Positions 41,407 through 52,817 of a stretch of DNA of 64,000 bases are shown in pieces. Every line of letters begins with the position of its first letter. Position 1 is the first letter of the stretch. The DNA comes from Escherichia coli. Lineage in GTDB: Bacteria; Pseudomonadota; Gammaproteobacteria; Enterobacterales; Enterobacteriaceae. The notes below the pieces were generated by a model. That model was not told where the DNA came from and did no database searches. It saw only the letters and a program-made list of their open reading frames with translations. The translations under genes were made by a program, and so were the position numbers. Where the stretch lies: assembly GCF_003334355.1 (NCBI RefSeq), contig NZ_QOWP01000001.1; one strand, given 5' to 3'.

Positions 41407-43347
41407 TTAAACCGAGTATCTTTGTGAATATTTTTTCACGTTAGTATCAAGTGGCTGTGAGGACGCGAAAAAATCCCCTTGCCCGCCTGTAACACCGCGC
41501 TGAATCAGGGTCTGCCACTCGCTTCGCGAACGCACGCCGGTGGCGTAAACCTGGGTGCTGGTCCCGGAGCAGGCTTCCACCAGACTTTGAACCAGCAGCT
41601 GGTTCTCCGTTCGCTTCTCAATGTTTCTGACCAGCCCCGGATGGAGCTTGAGTAACTCAACATTAAGTTCTTTGATCCAACTGGTACTTACCAGCGTCAA
41701 ACCAGCCTGGTTGACGGCTACCCGTACCCCTAAAGCATTCACTAAACGAATAACAGGTTGTAAACGACTGATATGTTGACCTACATCGGCCTCTGCAAGT
41801 TCAATAATTATGCGTTTTCGTTGTGATTTTTCACATTGCATTAACGTATCGCGCAGCCAACGCTGAAAACGCGGGCGAATCAGCGACTCAACGGTAACCT
41901 GAATCGCCAGATTTTCCTCTGGCCAGTAACGCAATAGTGGAATAAGACGGCTGATTTGCAGACGGTCATACTCTTCCGATAAGCCAAACTGCAAGACCAT
42001 CGGCATATACTCCGCCGAGCTAACCTCTTCATTACCATCGAAGATGCGGCACATGAGTTCGCGATGATGAACCTGACCTTCGCGAGTAACCGCCGGTTTT
42101 TGATAAAGGCGCGGGCCGCCGCGACTGAGCATTTGCTCGATAAGCGTACGCCAGCGAACATTACCGCGTCCTTTTTCAGGCAACGAGTCATCGTAAATAG
42201 CCCAGCTATTGCCGCCCTGCAATCCCGCATTACGCGTGGCAGACTCTGCATGTTCCATTACCTGCTCGGTATCCTGACCACTACGCCAGGCGCAGATACC
42301 AATGTGGATCATATCGTCGCGATCGAGCATTTTATTGTTCGGCAAGGTATCAACGGCTTTGATTAACTGACCGGCGATGCTCTCTGCCTCTTTTAACGTC
42401 CGGTGCGGTAACAGCGCAGCAAAATCACTGCGGTGGTAACGCGCCAGCAGTGCGCCAGGGTAGCGCATCATAAATGTCGACAGCAGATTCGTCAGAGTGA
42501 AGAACTGTTCTTCAACCTGGCTGTGCCCCCAGGTATCGCTCAACATATTGAAATCCGGCAGACGAATCATCATCACGATCCCGTGGGTACCTACTTTCTC
42601 CTGATCTTCCAGTAACGTTGCTAACTGATTATCGAAAAAGAGTCGGTTATTGAGGCCGGTTTTCACGTCCTGGGCGGCATAAGAGCGGATCAGCGTATCA
42701 AGACGGCTGTGTTGTTCGCGTGCGTTCTGAATTTCACGAAGCAGCGTATCCAGCGCACTGCTGGTTCTGGGCGGCCATTCATAGATGGTTCCCAACACAT
42801 TAGAGCCACGCTCACCGTTTAAGATACGAGTAGCCCGGGTTTCCAGCAATTCTTGCCCGGCAAGTTGCCGTTGTAACCAGCGTACCGCCAGGAAGAGCAT
42901 AACAATGATAAAGCCAATCGCCCCCGTGAGCGGCGCGGTGGTCATCAACGAATGGAAATAGTTGCCCATCGGATCCTGATAAACCAGACGCAACGACATC
43001 CCCGGATGCTTTATCAACGGAACGCTCAGTTCGCGAAACAGATCGCTGGAGCCAACTGGACGATAACTACCATTTCTGGCCAGGGTATAAACCTGTTTAT
43101 CACCATGGAGCAGGTCTACACGAACGATATCTGCCGACATCATTAATTCGGTAATTTGTGGCCTTAATACGCTGAAGTCATTCGACACAAGGTGGGTATC
43201 AATCGCCGTCGCCACCGCCTGAACGCGATGACTAAACTTATACTGAATGGCGTTGTAGAAACTTAGCGAACAGCCCAGCAAAGTCACAAAAATTGTTAAC
43301 CCGGTGAGCAGCGTAACAAAGGCCGAAAATTTCGTCGTTAATCTCAT
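41407..43347 (-). CDS. csrD: CsrD, degenerate GGDEF-EAL regulator of CsrB/CsrC decay
   Basis: 646-aa ORF with N-terminal transmembrane segments and GGDEF/EAL-like domains. Confidence 0.9.
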   Translation of the reverse strand: MRLTTKFSAFVTLLTGLTIFVTLLGCSLSFYNAIQYKFSHRVQAVATAIDTHLVSNDFSVLRPQITELMMSADIVRVDLLHGDKQVYTLARNGSYRPVGSSDLFRELSVPLIKHPGMSLRLVYQDPMGNYFHSLMTTAPLTGAIGFIIVMLFLAVRWLQRQLAGQELLETRATRILNGERGSNVLGTIYEWPPRTSSALDTLLREIQNAREQHSRLDTLIRSYAAQDVKTGLNNRLFFDNQLATLLEDQEKVGTHGIVMMIRLPDFNMLSDTWGHSQVEEQFFTLTNLLSTFMMRYPGALLARYHRSDFAALLPHRTLKEAESIAGQLIKAVDTLPNNKMLDRDDMIHIGICAWRSGQDTEQVMEHAESATRNAGLQGGNSWAIYDDSLPEKGRGNVRWRTLIEQMLSRGGPRLYQKPAVTREGQVHHRELMCRIFDGNEEVSSAEYMPMVLQFGLSEEYDRLQISRLIPLLRYWPEENLAIQVTVESLIRPRFQRWLRDTLMQCEKSQRKRIIIELAEADVGQHISRLQPVIRLVNALGVRVAVNQAGLTLVSTSWIKELNVELLKLHPGLVRNIEKRTENQLLVQSLVEACSGTSTQVYATGVRSRSEWQTLIQRGVTGGQGDFFASSQPLDTNVKKYSQRYSV

Positions 43348-43498
43348 CCTTGTGTTAACTCCGATAGTGAGGAAGCGGGCATACTAGCAAATCAGATTTA
43401 TCTCGCAATTTATTGCGCTTCATCGGCTTTGCTTTTCCATTAGCGAGTATAGTCTTCAGAAATTATTTTCCAATCCATCATGCACATGAGGACCACTT

Positions 43499-44473
43499 AT
43501 GCAGGCGTTACTTTTAGAACAGCAGGACGGCAAAACTCTCGCATCAGTACAGACTCTGGACGAAAGTCGCCTGCCGGAGGGCGATGTCACGGTCGATGTT
43601 CACTGGTCGAGCCTGAACTATAAAGATACGCTGGCGATTACCGGTAAGGGAAAAATCATCCGTAATTTTCCGATGATTCCTGGGATCGATTTTGCCGGAA
43701 CTGTACGCACCAGCGAAGATCCGCGTTTTCATGCCGGTCAGGAGGTGTTACTCACTGGCTGGGGCGTTGGTGAAAACCACTGGGGTGGGCTGGCGGAGCA
43801 GGCGCGAGTGAAAGGTGACTGGCTGGTTGCCATGCCGCAAGGGCTGGACGCGCGTAAAGCAATGATTATCGGTACTGCCGGTTTTACCGCCATGCTGTGT
43901 GTGATGGCGCTGGAAGATGCCGGTGTTCGCCCGCAGGACGGGGAGATTGTCGTGACGGGTGCCAGTGGTGGCGTCGGCAGTACCGCCGTGGCGCTGCTGC
44001 ATAAGTTGGGTTATCAGGTCGTTGCCGTTTCCGGTCGCGAAAGTACCCATGAATATCTGAAAAGTTTAGGTGCTAGCCGTGTTCTCCCTCGTGATGAGTT
44101 TGCCGAATCCCGTCCTCTGGAAAAACAAGTCTGGGCTGGGGCAATTGACACCGTTGGCGACAAAGTGCTGGCAAAAGTGCTGGCGCAAATGAATTACGGC
44201 GGCTGCGTGGCGGCCTGTGGTCTGGCGGGTGGTTTTACTCTGCCAACCACGGTCATGCCATTTATTCTGCGTAATGTCCGTTTGCAAGGGGTGGATTCAG
44301 TAATGACGCCACCAGAACGCCGCGCACAAGCCTGGCAGCGACTGGTCGCCGATTTACCGGAATCATTCTATACCCAGGCGGCAAAAGAGATATCTCTGGC
44401 AGAGGCACCGAAGTTTGCCGAGGCCATCATTAATAACCAGATCCAGGGTCGCACGCTGGTGAAGGTTAACTAA
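43499..44473 (+). CDS. acuI: Acrylyl-CoA reductase AcuI (YhdH), MDR-family oxidoreductase
   Basis: 324-aa ORF of the quinone-oxidoreductase-like family. Confidence 0.9.
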   Translation: MQALLLEQQDGKTLASVQTLDESRLPEGDVTVDVHWSSLNYKDTLAITGKGKIIRNFPMIPGIDFAGTVRTSEDPRFHAGQEVLLTGWGVGENHWGGLAEQARVKGDWLVAMPQGLDARKAMIIGTAGFTAMLCVMALEDAGVRPQDGEIVVTGASGGVGSTAVALLHKLGYQVVAVSGRESTHEYLKSLGASRVLPRDEFAESRPLEKQVWAGAIDTVGDKVLAKVLAQMNYGGCVAACGLAGGFTLPTTVMPFILRNVRLQGVDSVMTPPERRAQAWQRLVADLPESFYTQAAKEISLAEAPKFAEAIINNQIQGRTLVKVN

Positions 44474-45151
44474 CCATTTAGCAAGGAATAATAAGAGAGG
44501 GAACTCATTTTGAAATCATTATTCAATCGGTTAACGGGAAAAGCGGTTAGCCGGACAGCTTTCGTCGAACACCTTGGTCAGGAAGTTATACAACATCATC
44601 CAAACTGGAAAGTCATGATTTCGACTGACCACAAATTGATGCGCATTGATACTCCACTAAACAGCTATTATTGATACGCCTCCGTCGCCTGTTAGGTTTA
44701 TGGTGCTTTGCCTGGGCGACGCTACGCTTAGCCCCTTACTTATTTCTGGTACCATGGGGTGAATAATCTGATTTTGTTTGACTACAAATTAATCACTCGA
44801 ACCTATTTAATGCTGAGCATTGTCAATCGGTTAATTTTGCGTGCTTTAGCATTCACATCTATCCAGACGATGCAGTGAAAATTGGGTAATCCCCAGCAAC
44901 CGCTGCGTAATGTCGTCTATCTTGTCGCGATCCTGGCATCCCTACATTATTTGTGGTCTGTGAAGATTATCTCATTGCAGCCCCTCATCTTCGCAGGGCT
45001 GGCTTTTCAGCTTTTCACCTTACGTTATAAGAAGTTCCGTCGATGATGGCGCTAATTTCGTGAATTGTGCGGCTTGTTGCAAATTACACGGTGTTGAAGG
45101 TTATTTACATGTTAGCTGTTGATTATCTTCCCTGATAAGACCAGTATTTAG

Positions 45152-45179
45152 CTGCCAATTGCTACGAAATCGTTATAAT
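45152..45179 (+). promoter_or_regulatory. Putative sigma-70 promoter of accBC
   Basis: -35-like ctgcca (45152-45157), a 16-bp spacer and a consensus -10 TATAAT at 45174-45179. This would give a leader of roughly 265 nt before the accB ATG, in line with the known long accBC 5' UTR. Confidence 0.55.
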
Positions 45180-45450
45180 GTGCGACCTCGTCCTCCCTGA
45201 CGCAGTTTTTGCGCTGCGGAAAAGGTGACATTGGCGCAACGAAGGTATATTTTGTTTTTTGCCGGAGGATAGCAGCAGATCGCTGCACAATGTCCGTCAA
45301 GTCTAACATTGACACTCTGGGGCAAAATAGACCGGCGTCCCGGCCTGCTGGAATTTATCGCTATGCATACAGCTGTCGGGGCATACGCTTTACAGACGGC
45401 GGTGAAACGCCTGTCACAATCACACTAAACAAAGAGTACGGAACCCACTC

Positions 45451-45921
45451 ATGGATATTCGTAAGATTAAAAAACTGATCGAGCTGGTTGAAGAATCAGG
45501 CATCTCCGAACTGGAAATTTCTGAAGGCGAAGAGTCAGTACGCATTAGCCGTGCAGCTCCTGCCGCAAGTTTCCCTGTGATGCAACAAGCTTACGCTGCA
45601 CCAATGATGCAGCAGCCAGCTCAATCTAACGCAGCCGCTCCGGCGACCGTTCCTTCCATGGAAGCGCCAGCAGCAGCGGAAATCAGTGGTCACATCGTAC
45701 GTTCCCCGATGGTTGGTACTTTCTACCGCACCCCAAGCCCGGACGCAAAAGCGTTCATCGAAGTGGGTCAGAAAGTCAACGTGGGCGATACCCTGTGCAT
45801 CGTTGAAGCCATGAAAATGATGAACCAGATCGAAGCGGACAAATCCGGTACCGTGAAAGCAATTCTGGTCGAAAGTGGACAACCGGTAGAATTTGACGAG
45901 CCGCTGGTCGTCATCGAGTAA
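45451..45921 (+). CDS. accB: Biotin carboxyl carrier protein of acetyl-CoA carboxylase
   Basis: 156-aa ORF with the biotinylation motif [10 protein letters not shown] and an Ala/Pro-rich linker. Confidence 0.97.
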
Positions 45922-45931
45922 CGAGGCGAAC

Positions 45932-47281
45932 ATGCTGGATAAAATTGTTATTGCCAACCGCGGCGAGATTGCATTGCGTATTCTTCGTGCCTGTAAAGAA
46001 CTGGGCATCAAGACTGTCGCTGTGCACTCCAGCGCGGATCGCGATCTAAAACACGTATTACTGGCAGATGAAACGGTCTGTATTGGCCCTGCTCCGTCAG
46101 TAAAAAGTTATCTGAACATCCCGGCAATCATCAGCGCCGCTGAAATCACCGGCGCAGTAGCAATCCATCCGGGTTACGGCTTCCTCTCCGAGAACGCCAA
46201 CTTTGCCGAGCAGGTTGAACGCTCCGGCTTTATCTTCATTGGCCCGAAAGCAGAAACCATTCGCCTGATGGGCGACAAAGTATCCGCAATCGCGGCGATG
46301 AAAAAAGCGGGCGTCCCTTGCGTACCGGGTTCTGACGGCCCGCTGGGCGACGATATGGATAAAAACCGTGCCATTGCTAAACGCATTGGTTATCCGGTGA
46401 TTATCAAAGCCTCCGGCGGCGGCGGCGGTCGCGGTATGCGCGTAGTGCGCGGCGACGCTGAACTGGCACAATCCATCTCCATGACCCGTGCGGAAGCGAA
46501 AGCTGCTTTCAGCAACGATATGGTTTACATGGAGAAATACCTGGAAAATCCTCGCCACGTCGAGATTCAGGTACTGGCTGACGGTCAGGGCAACGCTATC
46601 TATCTGGCGGAACGTGACTGCTCCATGCAACGCCGCCACCAGAAAGTGGTCGAAGAAGCGCCAGCACCGGGCATTACCCCGGAACTGCGTCGCTACATCG
46701 GCGAACGTTGCGCTAAAGCGTGTGTTGATATCGGCTATCGCGGTGCAGGTACTTTCGAGTTCCTGTTCGAAAACGGCGAGTTCTATTTCATCGAAATGAA
46801 CACCCGTATTCAGGTAGAACACCCGGTTACCGAAATGATCACCGGCGTTGACCTGATCAAAGAACAGCTGCGTATCGCTGCCGGTCAACCGCTGTCGATC
46901 AAGCAAGAAGAAGTTCACGTTCGCGGCCATGCGGTGGAATGTCGTATCAACGCCGAAGATCCGAACACCTTCCTGCCAAGCCCAGGCAAAATCACCCGTT
47001 TCCACGCACCTGGCGGTTTTGGCGTACGTTGGGAGTCTCATATCTACGCGGGCTACACCGTACCGCCGTACTATGACTCAATGATCGGTAAGCTGATTTG
47101 CTACGGTGAAAACCGTGACGTGGCGATTGCCCGCATGAAGAATGCGCTGCAGGAGCTGATCATCGACGGTATCAAAACCAACGTTGATCTGCAGATCCGC
47201 ATCATGAATGACGAGAACTTCCAGCATGGTGGCACTAACATCCACTATCTGGAGAAAAAACTCGGTCTTCAGGAAAAATAA
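45932..47281 (+). CDS. accC: Biotin carboxylase
   Basis: ATG at 45932 ([33 protein letters not shown]...), 449 aa, ATP-grasp fold. Confidence 0.97.
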
Positions 47282-47296
47282 GACTGCTAAAGCGTC

Positions 47297-47323
47297 AAAA
47301 GGCCGGATTTTCCGGCCTTTTTT
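47297..47323 (+). terminator. Rho-independent terminator downstream of accC
   Basis: aaaaggccggattttccggcctttttt. Confidence 0.8.
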
Positions 47324-47389
47324 ATTACTGGGGATCGACAACCCCCATAAGGTACAATCCCCGCTTTCTTCACCCATCAGGGACAAAAA

Positions 47390-47632
47390 ATGGACACTCG
47401 TTTTGTTCAGGCCCATAAAGAGGCGCGCTGGGCGCTGGGGCTGACCCTTTTGTATCTGGCAGTTTGGTTAGTAGCCGCTTACTTATCTGGCGTTGCCCCC
47501 GGTTTTACCGGCTTTCCGCGCTGGTTTGAGATGGCCTGCATCCTGACGCCGCTGCTGTTTATTGGACTGTGCTGGGCGATGGTGAAATTTATCTATCGCG
47601 ATATCCCACTGGAGGATGACGATGCAGCTTGA
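47390..47632 (+). CDS. yhdT: Small membrane protein YhdT (DUF997)
   Basis: 80-aa ORF with two transmembrane helices. The stop overlaps the panF start. Confidence 0.85.
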   Translation: MDTRFVQAHKEARWALGLTLLYLAVWLVAAYLSGVAPGFTGFPRWFEMACILTPLLFIGLCWAMVKFIYRDIPLEDDDAA

Positions 47633-49073
47633 AGTAATTCTACCGCTGGTCGCCTATCTGGTGGTGGTGTTCGGTATCTCGGTTTATGCGATGCGTAAAC
47701 GGAGCACCGGCACCTTCCTTAATGAGTATTTCCTCGGCAGCCGCTCTATGGGCGGTATTGTGCTGGCGATGACGCTCACCGCGACCTATATCAGTGCCAG
47801 TTCGTTTATCGGCGGGCCAGGAGCTGCTTATAAATACGGGCTGGGCTGGGTATTGCTGGCGATGATTCAGCTTCCTGCAGTCTGGCTTTCACTCGGTATT
47901 CTCGGCAAGAAGTTTGCGATTCTTGCGCGCCGCTACAATGCAGTGACGCTAAACGATATGCTGTTTGCCCGCTACCAGAGTCGTCTTCTAGTGTGGCTGG
48001 CGAGTTTGAGTTTGCTGGTTGCGTTCGTTGGTGCGATGACCGTGCAGTTTATCGGCGGTGCGCGCCTGCTGGAAACCGCGGCGGGTATTCCTTATGAAAC
48101 CGGGCTGCTGATTTTTGGTATCAGCATTGCGTTATATACCGCCTTTGGTGGCTTTCGCGCCAGCGTGCTGAACGACACCATGCAAGGGCTTGTGATGCTG
48201 ATTGGCACCGTTGTGCTGCTTATTGGCGTGGTACATGCCGCTGGCGGCTTAAGCAACGCAGTACAGACCTTGCAAACCATCGATCCTCAACTGGTTACGC
48301 CACAAGGCGCTGACGATATTCTGTCGCCTGCCTTTATGACGTCGTTCTGGGTACTGGTGTGCTTTGGCGTTATAGGCCTGCCGCATACTGCGGTGCGCTG
48401 TATCTCTTATAAAGACAGCAAAGCAGTACACCGGGGGATCATCATCGGTACGATTGTAGTCGCAATCCTGATGTTCGGTATGCACCTGGCCGGAGCGTTA
48501 GGTCGGGCGGTGATCCCCGATCTCACCGTACCGGATCTGGTGATCCCGACGTTAATGGTAAAAGTGCTGCCACCGTTTGCCGCCGGGATCTTCCTGGCTG
48601 CACCGATGGCTGCGATCATGTCGACAATTAACGCCCAACTGCTGCAAAGTTCCGCTACGATCATTAAAGATCTCTATCTGAATATCCGTCCGGATCAAAT
48701 GCAAAACGAGACGCGTCTGAAGCGGATGTCGGCGGTAATTACGTTAGTTCTCGGCGCGTTGCTGCTGCTTGCCGCCTGGAAGCCGCCAGAAATGATCATC
48801 TGGCTGAATTTGCTGGCCTTCGGTGGGCTGGAAGCCGTTTTCCTGTGGCCGCTGGTGCTGGGTCTTTACTGGGAACGCGCCAACGCCAAAGGCGCGCTAA
48901 GTGCGATGATCGTTGGCGGCGTGCTGTATGCCGTACTCGCGACGCTGAATATTCAGTACCTGGGCTTCCACCCTATCGTGCCCTCGTTACTACTAAGTTT
49001 GCTGGCTTTCCTGGTCGGAAACCGTTTCGGTACATCCGTCCCGCAAGCTACCGTTTTGACTACTGATAAATAA
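47622..49073 (+). CDS. panF: Sodium/pantothenate symporter
   Basis: GGAGG RBS before the ATG at 47622 ([22 protein letters not shown]...), SSS-family transporter. Confidence 0.93.
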
Positions 49074-49084
49074 AGAGTTTTGCC

Positions 49085-49966
49085 ATGCCTTGGATCCAAC
49101 TGAAACTGAACACCACCGGCGCGAACGCGGAAGATCTTAGCGATGCGCTGATGGAAGCGGGTGCCGTTTCTATCACTTTTCAGGATACCCACGATACGCC
49201 AGTATTTGAGCCGCTGCCGGGCGAAACGCGCCTGTGGGGCGACACCGATGTGATTGGTCTGTTCGACGCTGAAACCGATATGAACGACGTGGTGGCGATT
49301 CTGGAAAACCATCCGCTGCTCGGCGCAGGCTTCGCGCATAAAATCGAACAACTAGAAGATAAAGACTGGGAGCGCGAATGGATGGATAATTTCCACCCGA
49401 TGCGCTTTGGTGAACGACTGTGGATCTGCCCTAGCTGGCGTGATGTGCCGGACGAAAACGCCGTCAACGTGATGTTAGATCCAGGGCTGGCGTTTGGTAC
49501 GGGTACCCATCCAACCACCTCTCTGTGCCTGCAATGGCTCGACAGCCTCGATTTAACCGGTAAAACAGTCATCGACTTTGGCTGTGGTTCCGGCATTCTG
49601 GCGATCGCGGCGCTGAAACTGGGTGCAGCAAAAGCCATTGGTATTGATATCGATCCGCAGGCGATTCAGGCCAGCCGCGATAACGCCGAACGTAATGGCG
49701 TTTCTGACCGTCTGGAACTCTACTTACCGAAAGATCAGCCAGAAGAAATGAAAGCCGACGTGGTGGTCGCTAACATCCTTGCAGGCCCATTACGTGAACT
49801 GGCACCGTTAATCAGCGTCCTGCCGGTTTCAGGCGGTTTGCTGGGCCTTTCCGGTATTCTGGCAAGCCAGGCAGAGAGCGTTTGTGAAGCTTATGCCGAT
49901 AGCTTCGCACTGGACCCGGTCGTGGAAAAAGAAGAGTGGTGCCGTATTACCGGTCGTAAGAATTAA
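49085..49966 (+). CDS. prmA: Ribosomal protein L11 methyltransferase
   Basis: 293-aa ORF with a SAM-binding [13 protein letters not shown] motif. Confidence 0.95.
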
Positions 49967-50227
49967 CCTTCGCATCGCCGTAGGGTGACGCGGGGCGAAG
50001 TGCGAGCAAGCGCACAAAAGGCACGTAAATTTGCCGATTATTTACGCAAATTTGCGTGCCAAAATTTTCATTCATAAAGAAAAATTGAGAACTTACTCAA
50101 ATTTCTTTGAGTGTAAATTTTAGTCACTATTTTCTAATATGATGATTTTTATGAGTAATTATCGCACCACGCTCATTTTAAATGCAATTCTTTGATCCAT
50201 CTCAGAGGATTGGTCAAAGTTTGGCCT

Positions 50228-50255
50228 TTCATCTCGTGCAAAAAATGCGTAATAT
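50228..50255 (+). promoter_or_regulatory. Putative dusB-fis operon promoter with GC-rich discriminator
   Basis: TTCATC (50228-50233), 16-bp spacer, TAATAT (50250-50255), followed by the GC-rich ACGCCGCC typical of stringently controlled promoters. It lies about 40 nt upstream of dusB. Confidence 0.6.
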
Positions 50256-50294
50256 ACGCCGCCTTGCAGTCACAGTATGGTCATTTCTTAACTC

Positions 50295-51260
50295 ATGCGC
50301 ATCGGACAATATCAGCTCAGAAATCGCCTGATCGCAGCGCCCATGGCTGGCATTACAGACAGACCTTTTCGGACGTTGTGCTACGAGATGGGAGCCGGAT
50401 TGACAGTATCCGAGATGATGTCTTCTAACCCACAGGTTTGGGAAAGCGACAAATCTCGTTTACGGATGGTGCACATTGATGAACCCGGTATTCGCACCGT
50501 GCAAATTGCTGGTAGCGATCCGAAAGAAATGGCAGATGCAGCACGTATTAACGTGGAAAGCGGTGCCCAGATTATTGATATCAATATGGGGTGCCCGGCT
50601 AAAAAAGTGAATCGCAAGCTCGCAGGTTCAGCCCTCTTGCAGTACCCGGATGTCGTTAAATCGATCCTTACCGAGGTCGTCAATGCAGTGGACGTTCCTG
50701 TTACCCTGAAGATTCGCACCGGCTGGGCACCGGAACACCGTAACTGCGAAGAGATTGCCCAACTGGCTGAAGACTGTGGCATTCAGGCTCTGACCATTCA
50801 TGGCCGTACACGCGCCTGTTTGTTCAATGGAGAAGCTGAGTACGACAGTATTCGGGCAGTTAAGCAGAAAGTTTCCATTCCGGTTATCGCGAATGGCGAC
50901 ATTACTGACCCGCTTAAAGCCAGAGCTGTGCTCGATTATACAGGGGCGGATGCCCTGATGATAGGCCGCGCAGCTCAGGGAAGACCCTGGATCTTTCGGG
51001 AAATCCAGCATTATCTGGACACTGGGGAGTTGCTGCCCCCGCTGCCTTTGGCAGAGGTTAAGCGCTTGCTTTGCGCGCACGTTCGGGAACTGCATGACTT
51101 TTATGGTCCGGCAAAAGGGTACCGAATTGCACGTAAACACGTTTCCTGGTATCTCCAGGAACACGCTCCAAATGACCAGTTTCGGCGCACATTCAACGCC
51201 ATTGAGGATGCCAGCGAACAGCTGGAGGCGTTGGAGGCATACTTCGAAAATTTTGCGTAA
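50295..51260 (+). CDS. dusB: tRNA-dihydrouridine synthase B
   Basis: 321-aa ORF ([26 protein letters not shown]...), first gene of the dusB-fis operon. Confidence 0.95.
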   Translation: MRIGQYQLRNRLIAAPMAGITDRPFRTLCYEMGAGLTVSEMMSSNPQVWESDKSRLRMVHIDEPGIRTVQIAGSDPKEMADAARINVESGAQIIDINMGCPAKKVNRKLAGSALLQYPDVVKSILTEVVNAVDVPVTLKIRTGWAPEHRNCEEIAQLAEDCGIQALTIHGRTRACLFNGEAEYDSIRAVKQKVSIPVIANGDITDPLKARAVLDYTGADALMIGRAAQGRPWIFREIQHYLDTGELLPPLPLAEVKRLLCAHVRELHDFYGPAKGYRIARKHVSWYLQEHAPNDQFRRTFNAIEDASEQLEALEAYFENFA

Positions 51261-51285
51261 ACAGAAATAAAGAGCTGACAGAACT

Positions 51286-51582
51286 ATGTTCGAACAACGC
51301 GTAAATTCTGACGTACTGACCGTTTCTACCGTTAACTCTCAGGATCAGGTAACCCAAAAACCCCTGCGTGACTCGGTTAAACAGGCACTGAAGAACTATT
51401 TTGCTCAACTGAATGGTCAGGATGTGAATGACCTCTATGAGCTGGTACTGGCTGAAGTAGAACAGCCCCTGTTGGACATGGTGATGCAATACACCCGTGG
51501 TAACCAGACCCGTGCTGCGCTGATGATGGGCATCAACCGTGGTACGCTGCGTAAAAAATTGAAAAAATACGGCATGAACTAA
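51286..51582 (+). CDS. fis: Nucleoid-associated protein Fis
   Basis: 98-aa [101 protein letters not shown]. Confidence 0.98.
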
Positions 51583-51608
51583 TTCAGGTTAGCTAAATGC
51601 TTGATTAA

Positions 51609-51646
51609 AAAGGCGCTACTCGGCATGGGGAAGCGCCTTTTTTATA
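51609..51646 (+). terminator. Terminator downstream of fis
   Basis: aaaaaggcgct...agcgcctttttt hairpin followed by a T-run. Confidence 0.65.
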
Positions 51647-51661
51647 GGTGTCACAAAGGGA

Positions 51662-52552
51662 GTGACCATGAGAACAGGATGTGAACCGACCCGGTTTGGT
51701 AATGAAGCTAAGACCATTATTCACGGTGATGCCCTTGCCGAACTTAAAAAGCTACCTACTGAAAGCGTCGATCTGATCTTTGCCGACCCACCGTATAACA
51801 TCGGTAAAAATTTTGATGGTCTGATCGAAGCCTGGAAAGAAGATCTGTTTATCGACTGGCTGTTTGAAGTGATTGCAGAGTGCCACCGCGTTCTGAAAAA
51901 GCAGGGCAGCATGTACATTATGAACAGTACGGAAAACATGCCCTTTATCGATCTCCAGTGCCGCAAGCTTTTTACCATCAAAAGTCGCATCGTCTGGTCA
52001 TATGACAGTTCTGGAGTACAGGCGAAAAAACACTACGGCTCCATGTACGAACCCATCCTGATGATGGTGAAAGACGCAAAGAACTACACATTCAACGGTG
52101 ATGCTATTCTGGTAGAAGCCAAAACCGGATCGCAGCGCGCGTTGATCGATTATCGCAAAAATCCTCCACAGCCATACAATCATCAAAAAGTACCGGGTAA
52201 CGTCTGGGATTTTCCGCGCGTGCGTTATTTAATGGATGAATATGAGAACCACCCGACGCAAAAACCGGAAGCCTTACTGAAACGCATTATTCTCGCCTCT
52301 TCCAACCCAGGCGATATCGTTCTCGACCCGTTTGCCGGTAGCTTTACTACCGGTGCCGTAGCCATCGCCAGCGGACGAAAATTCATTGGTATTGAGATCA
52401 ACAGCGAGTACATCAAAATGGGGCTTCGACGGCTGGATGTCGCGTCGCATTACTCCGCGGAAGAACTGGCGAAAGTGAAAAAAAGAAAGACGGGCAACCG
52501 GTCAAAACGATGCCGGGTTAGCGAAGTTGATCCCGATCTCATTGCAAAGTAA
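51662..52552 (+). CDS. yhdJ: DNA adenine methyltransferase YhdJ (N6-methyltransferase family)
   Basis: N6-adenine methyltransferase DPPY motif (IFADPPYNIG) is present. The start is either 51662 or 51668. Confidence 0.9.
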   Translation: MTMRTGCEPTRFGNEAKTIIHGDALAELKKLPTESVDLIFADPPYNIGKNFDGLIEAWKEDLFIDWLFEVIAECHRVLKKQGSMYIMNSTENMPFIDLQCRKLFTIKSRIVWSYDSSGVQAKKHYGSMYEPILMMVKDAKNYTFNGDAILVEAKTGSQRALIDYRKNPPQPYNHQKVPGNVWDFPRVRYLMDEYENHPTQKPEALLKRIILASSNPGDIVLDPFAGSFTTGAVAIASGRKFIGIEINSEYIKMGLRRLDVASHYSAEELAKVKKRKTGNRSKRCRVSEVDPDLIAK

Positions 52553-52635
52553 AGGAAGTGTAAGCCTGGTTTTCAGATTATTCATTTCGTGCATATTTCC
52601 TGCCAGACTTGGTTAAACATGCACAGGCTCAGGTA

Positions 52636-52815
52636 ATGATTCGCAAGTATTGGTGGCTCGTCGTTTTCGCTGTCTTCGTTTTTCTGTTTGATACTTTACT
52701 GATGCAGTGGATTGAACTGCTGGCAACAGAAACAGACAAATGCCGTAATATGAACTCAGTTAATCCACTAAAACTGGTTAACTGTGACGAACTGAATTTT
52801 CAGGACAGAATGTGA
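52636..52815 (+). CDS. yhdU: Small membrane protein YhdU
   Basis: MIRKYWWLVVFAVFVFLFDTLLMQWIELLATETDKC... (about 59 aa). The listed ORF begins 9 codons further upstream. Confidence 0.7.
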   Translation: MIRKYWWLVVFAVFVFLFDTLLMQWIELLATETDKCRNMNSVNPLKLVNCDELNFQDRM

Positions 52816-52817
52816 AT

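Noticed and set aside
45209-45478. 89-aa ORF overlapping the accB start.
   Set aside because: It sits within the accBC leader, is out of frame with accB, and has no RBS; it is probably spurious.
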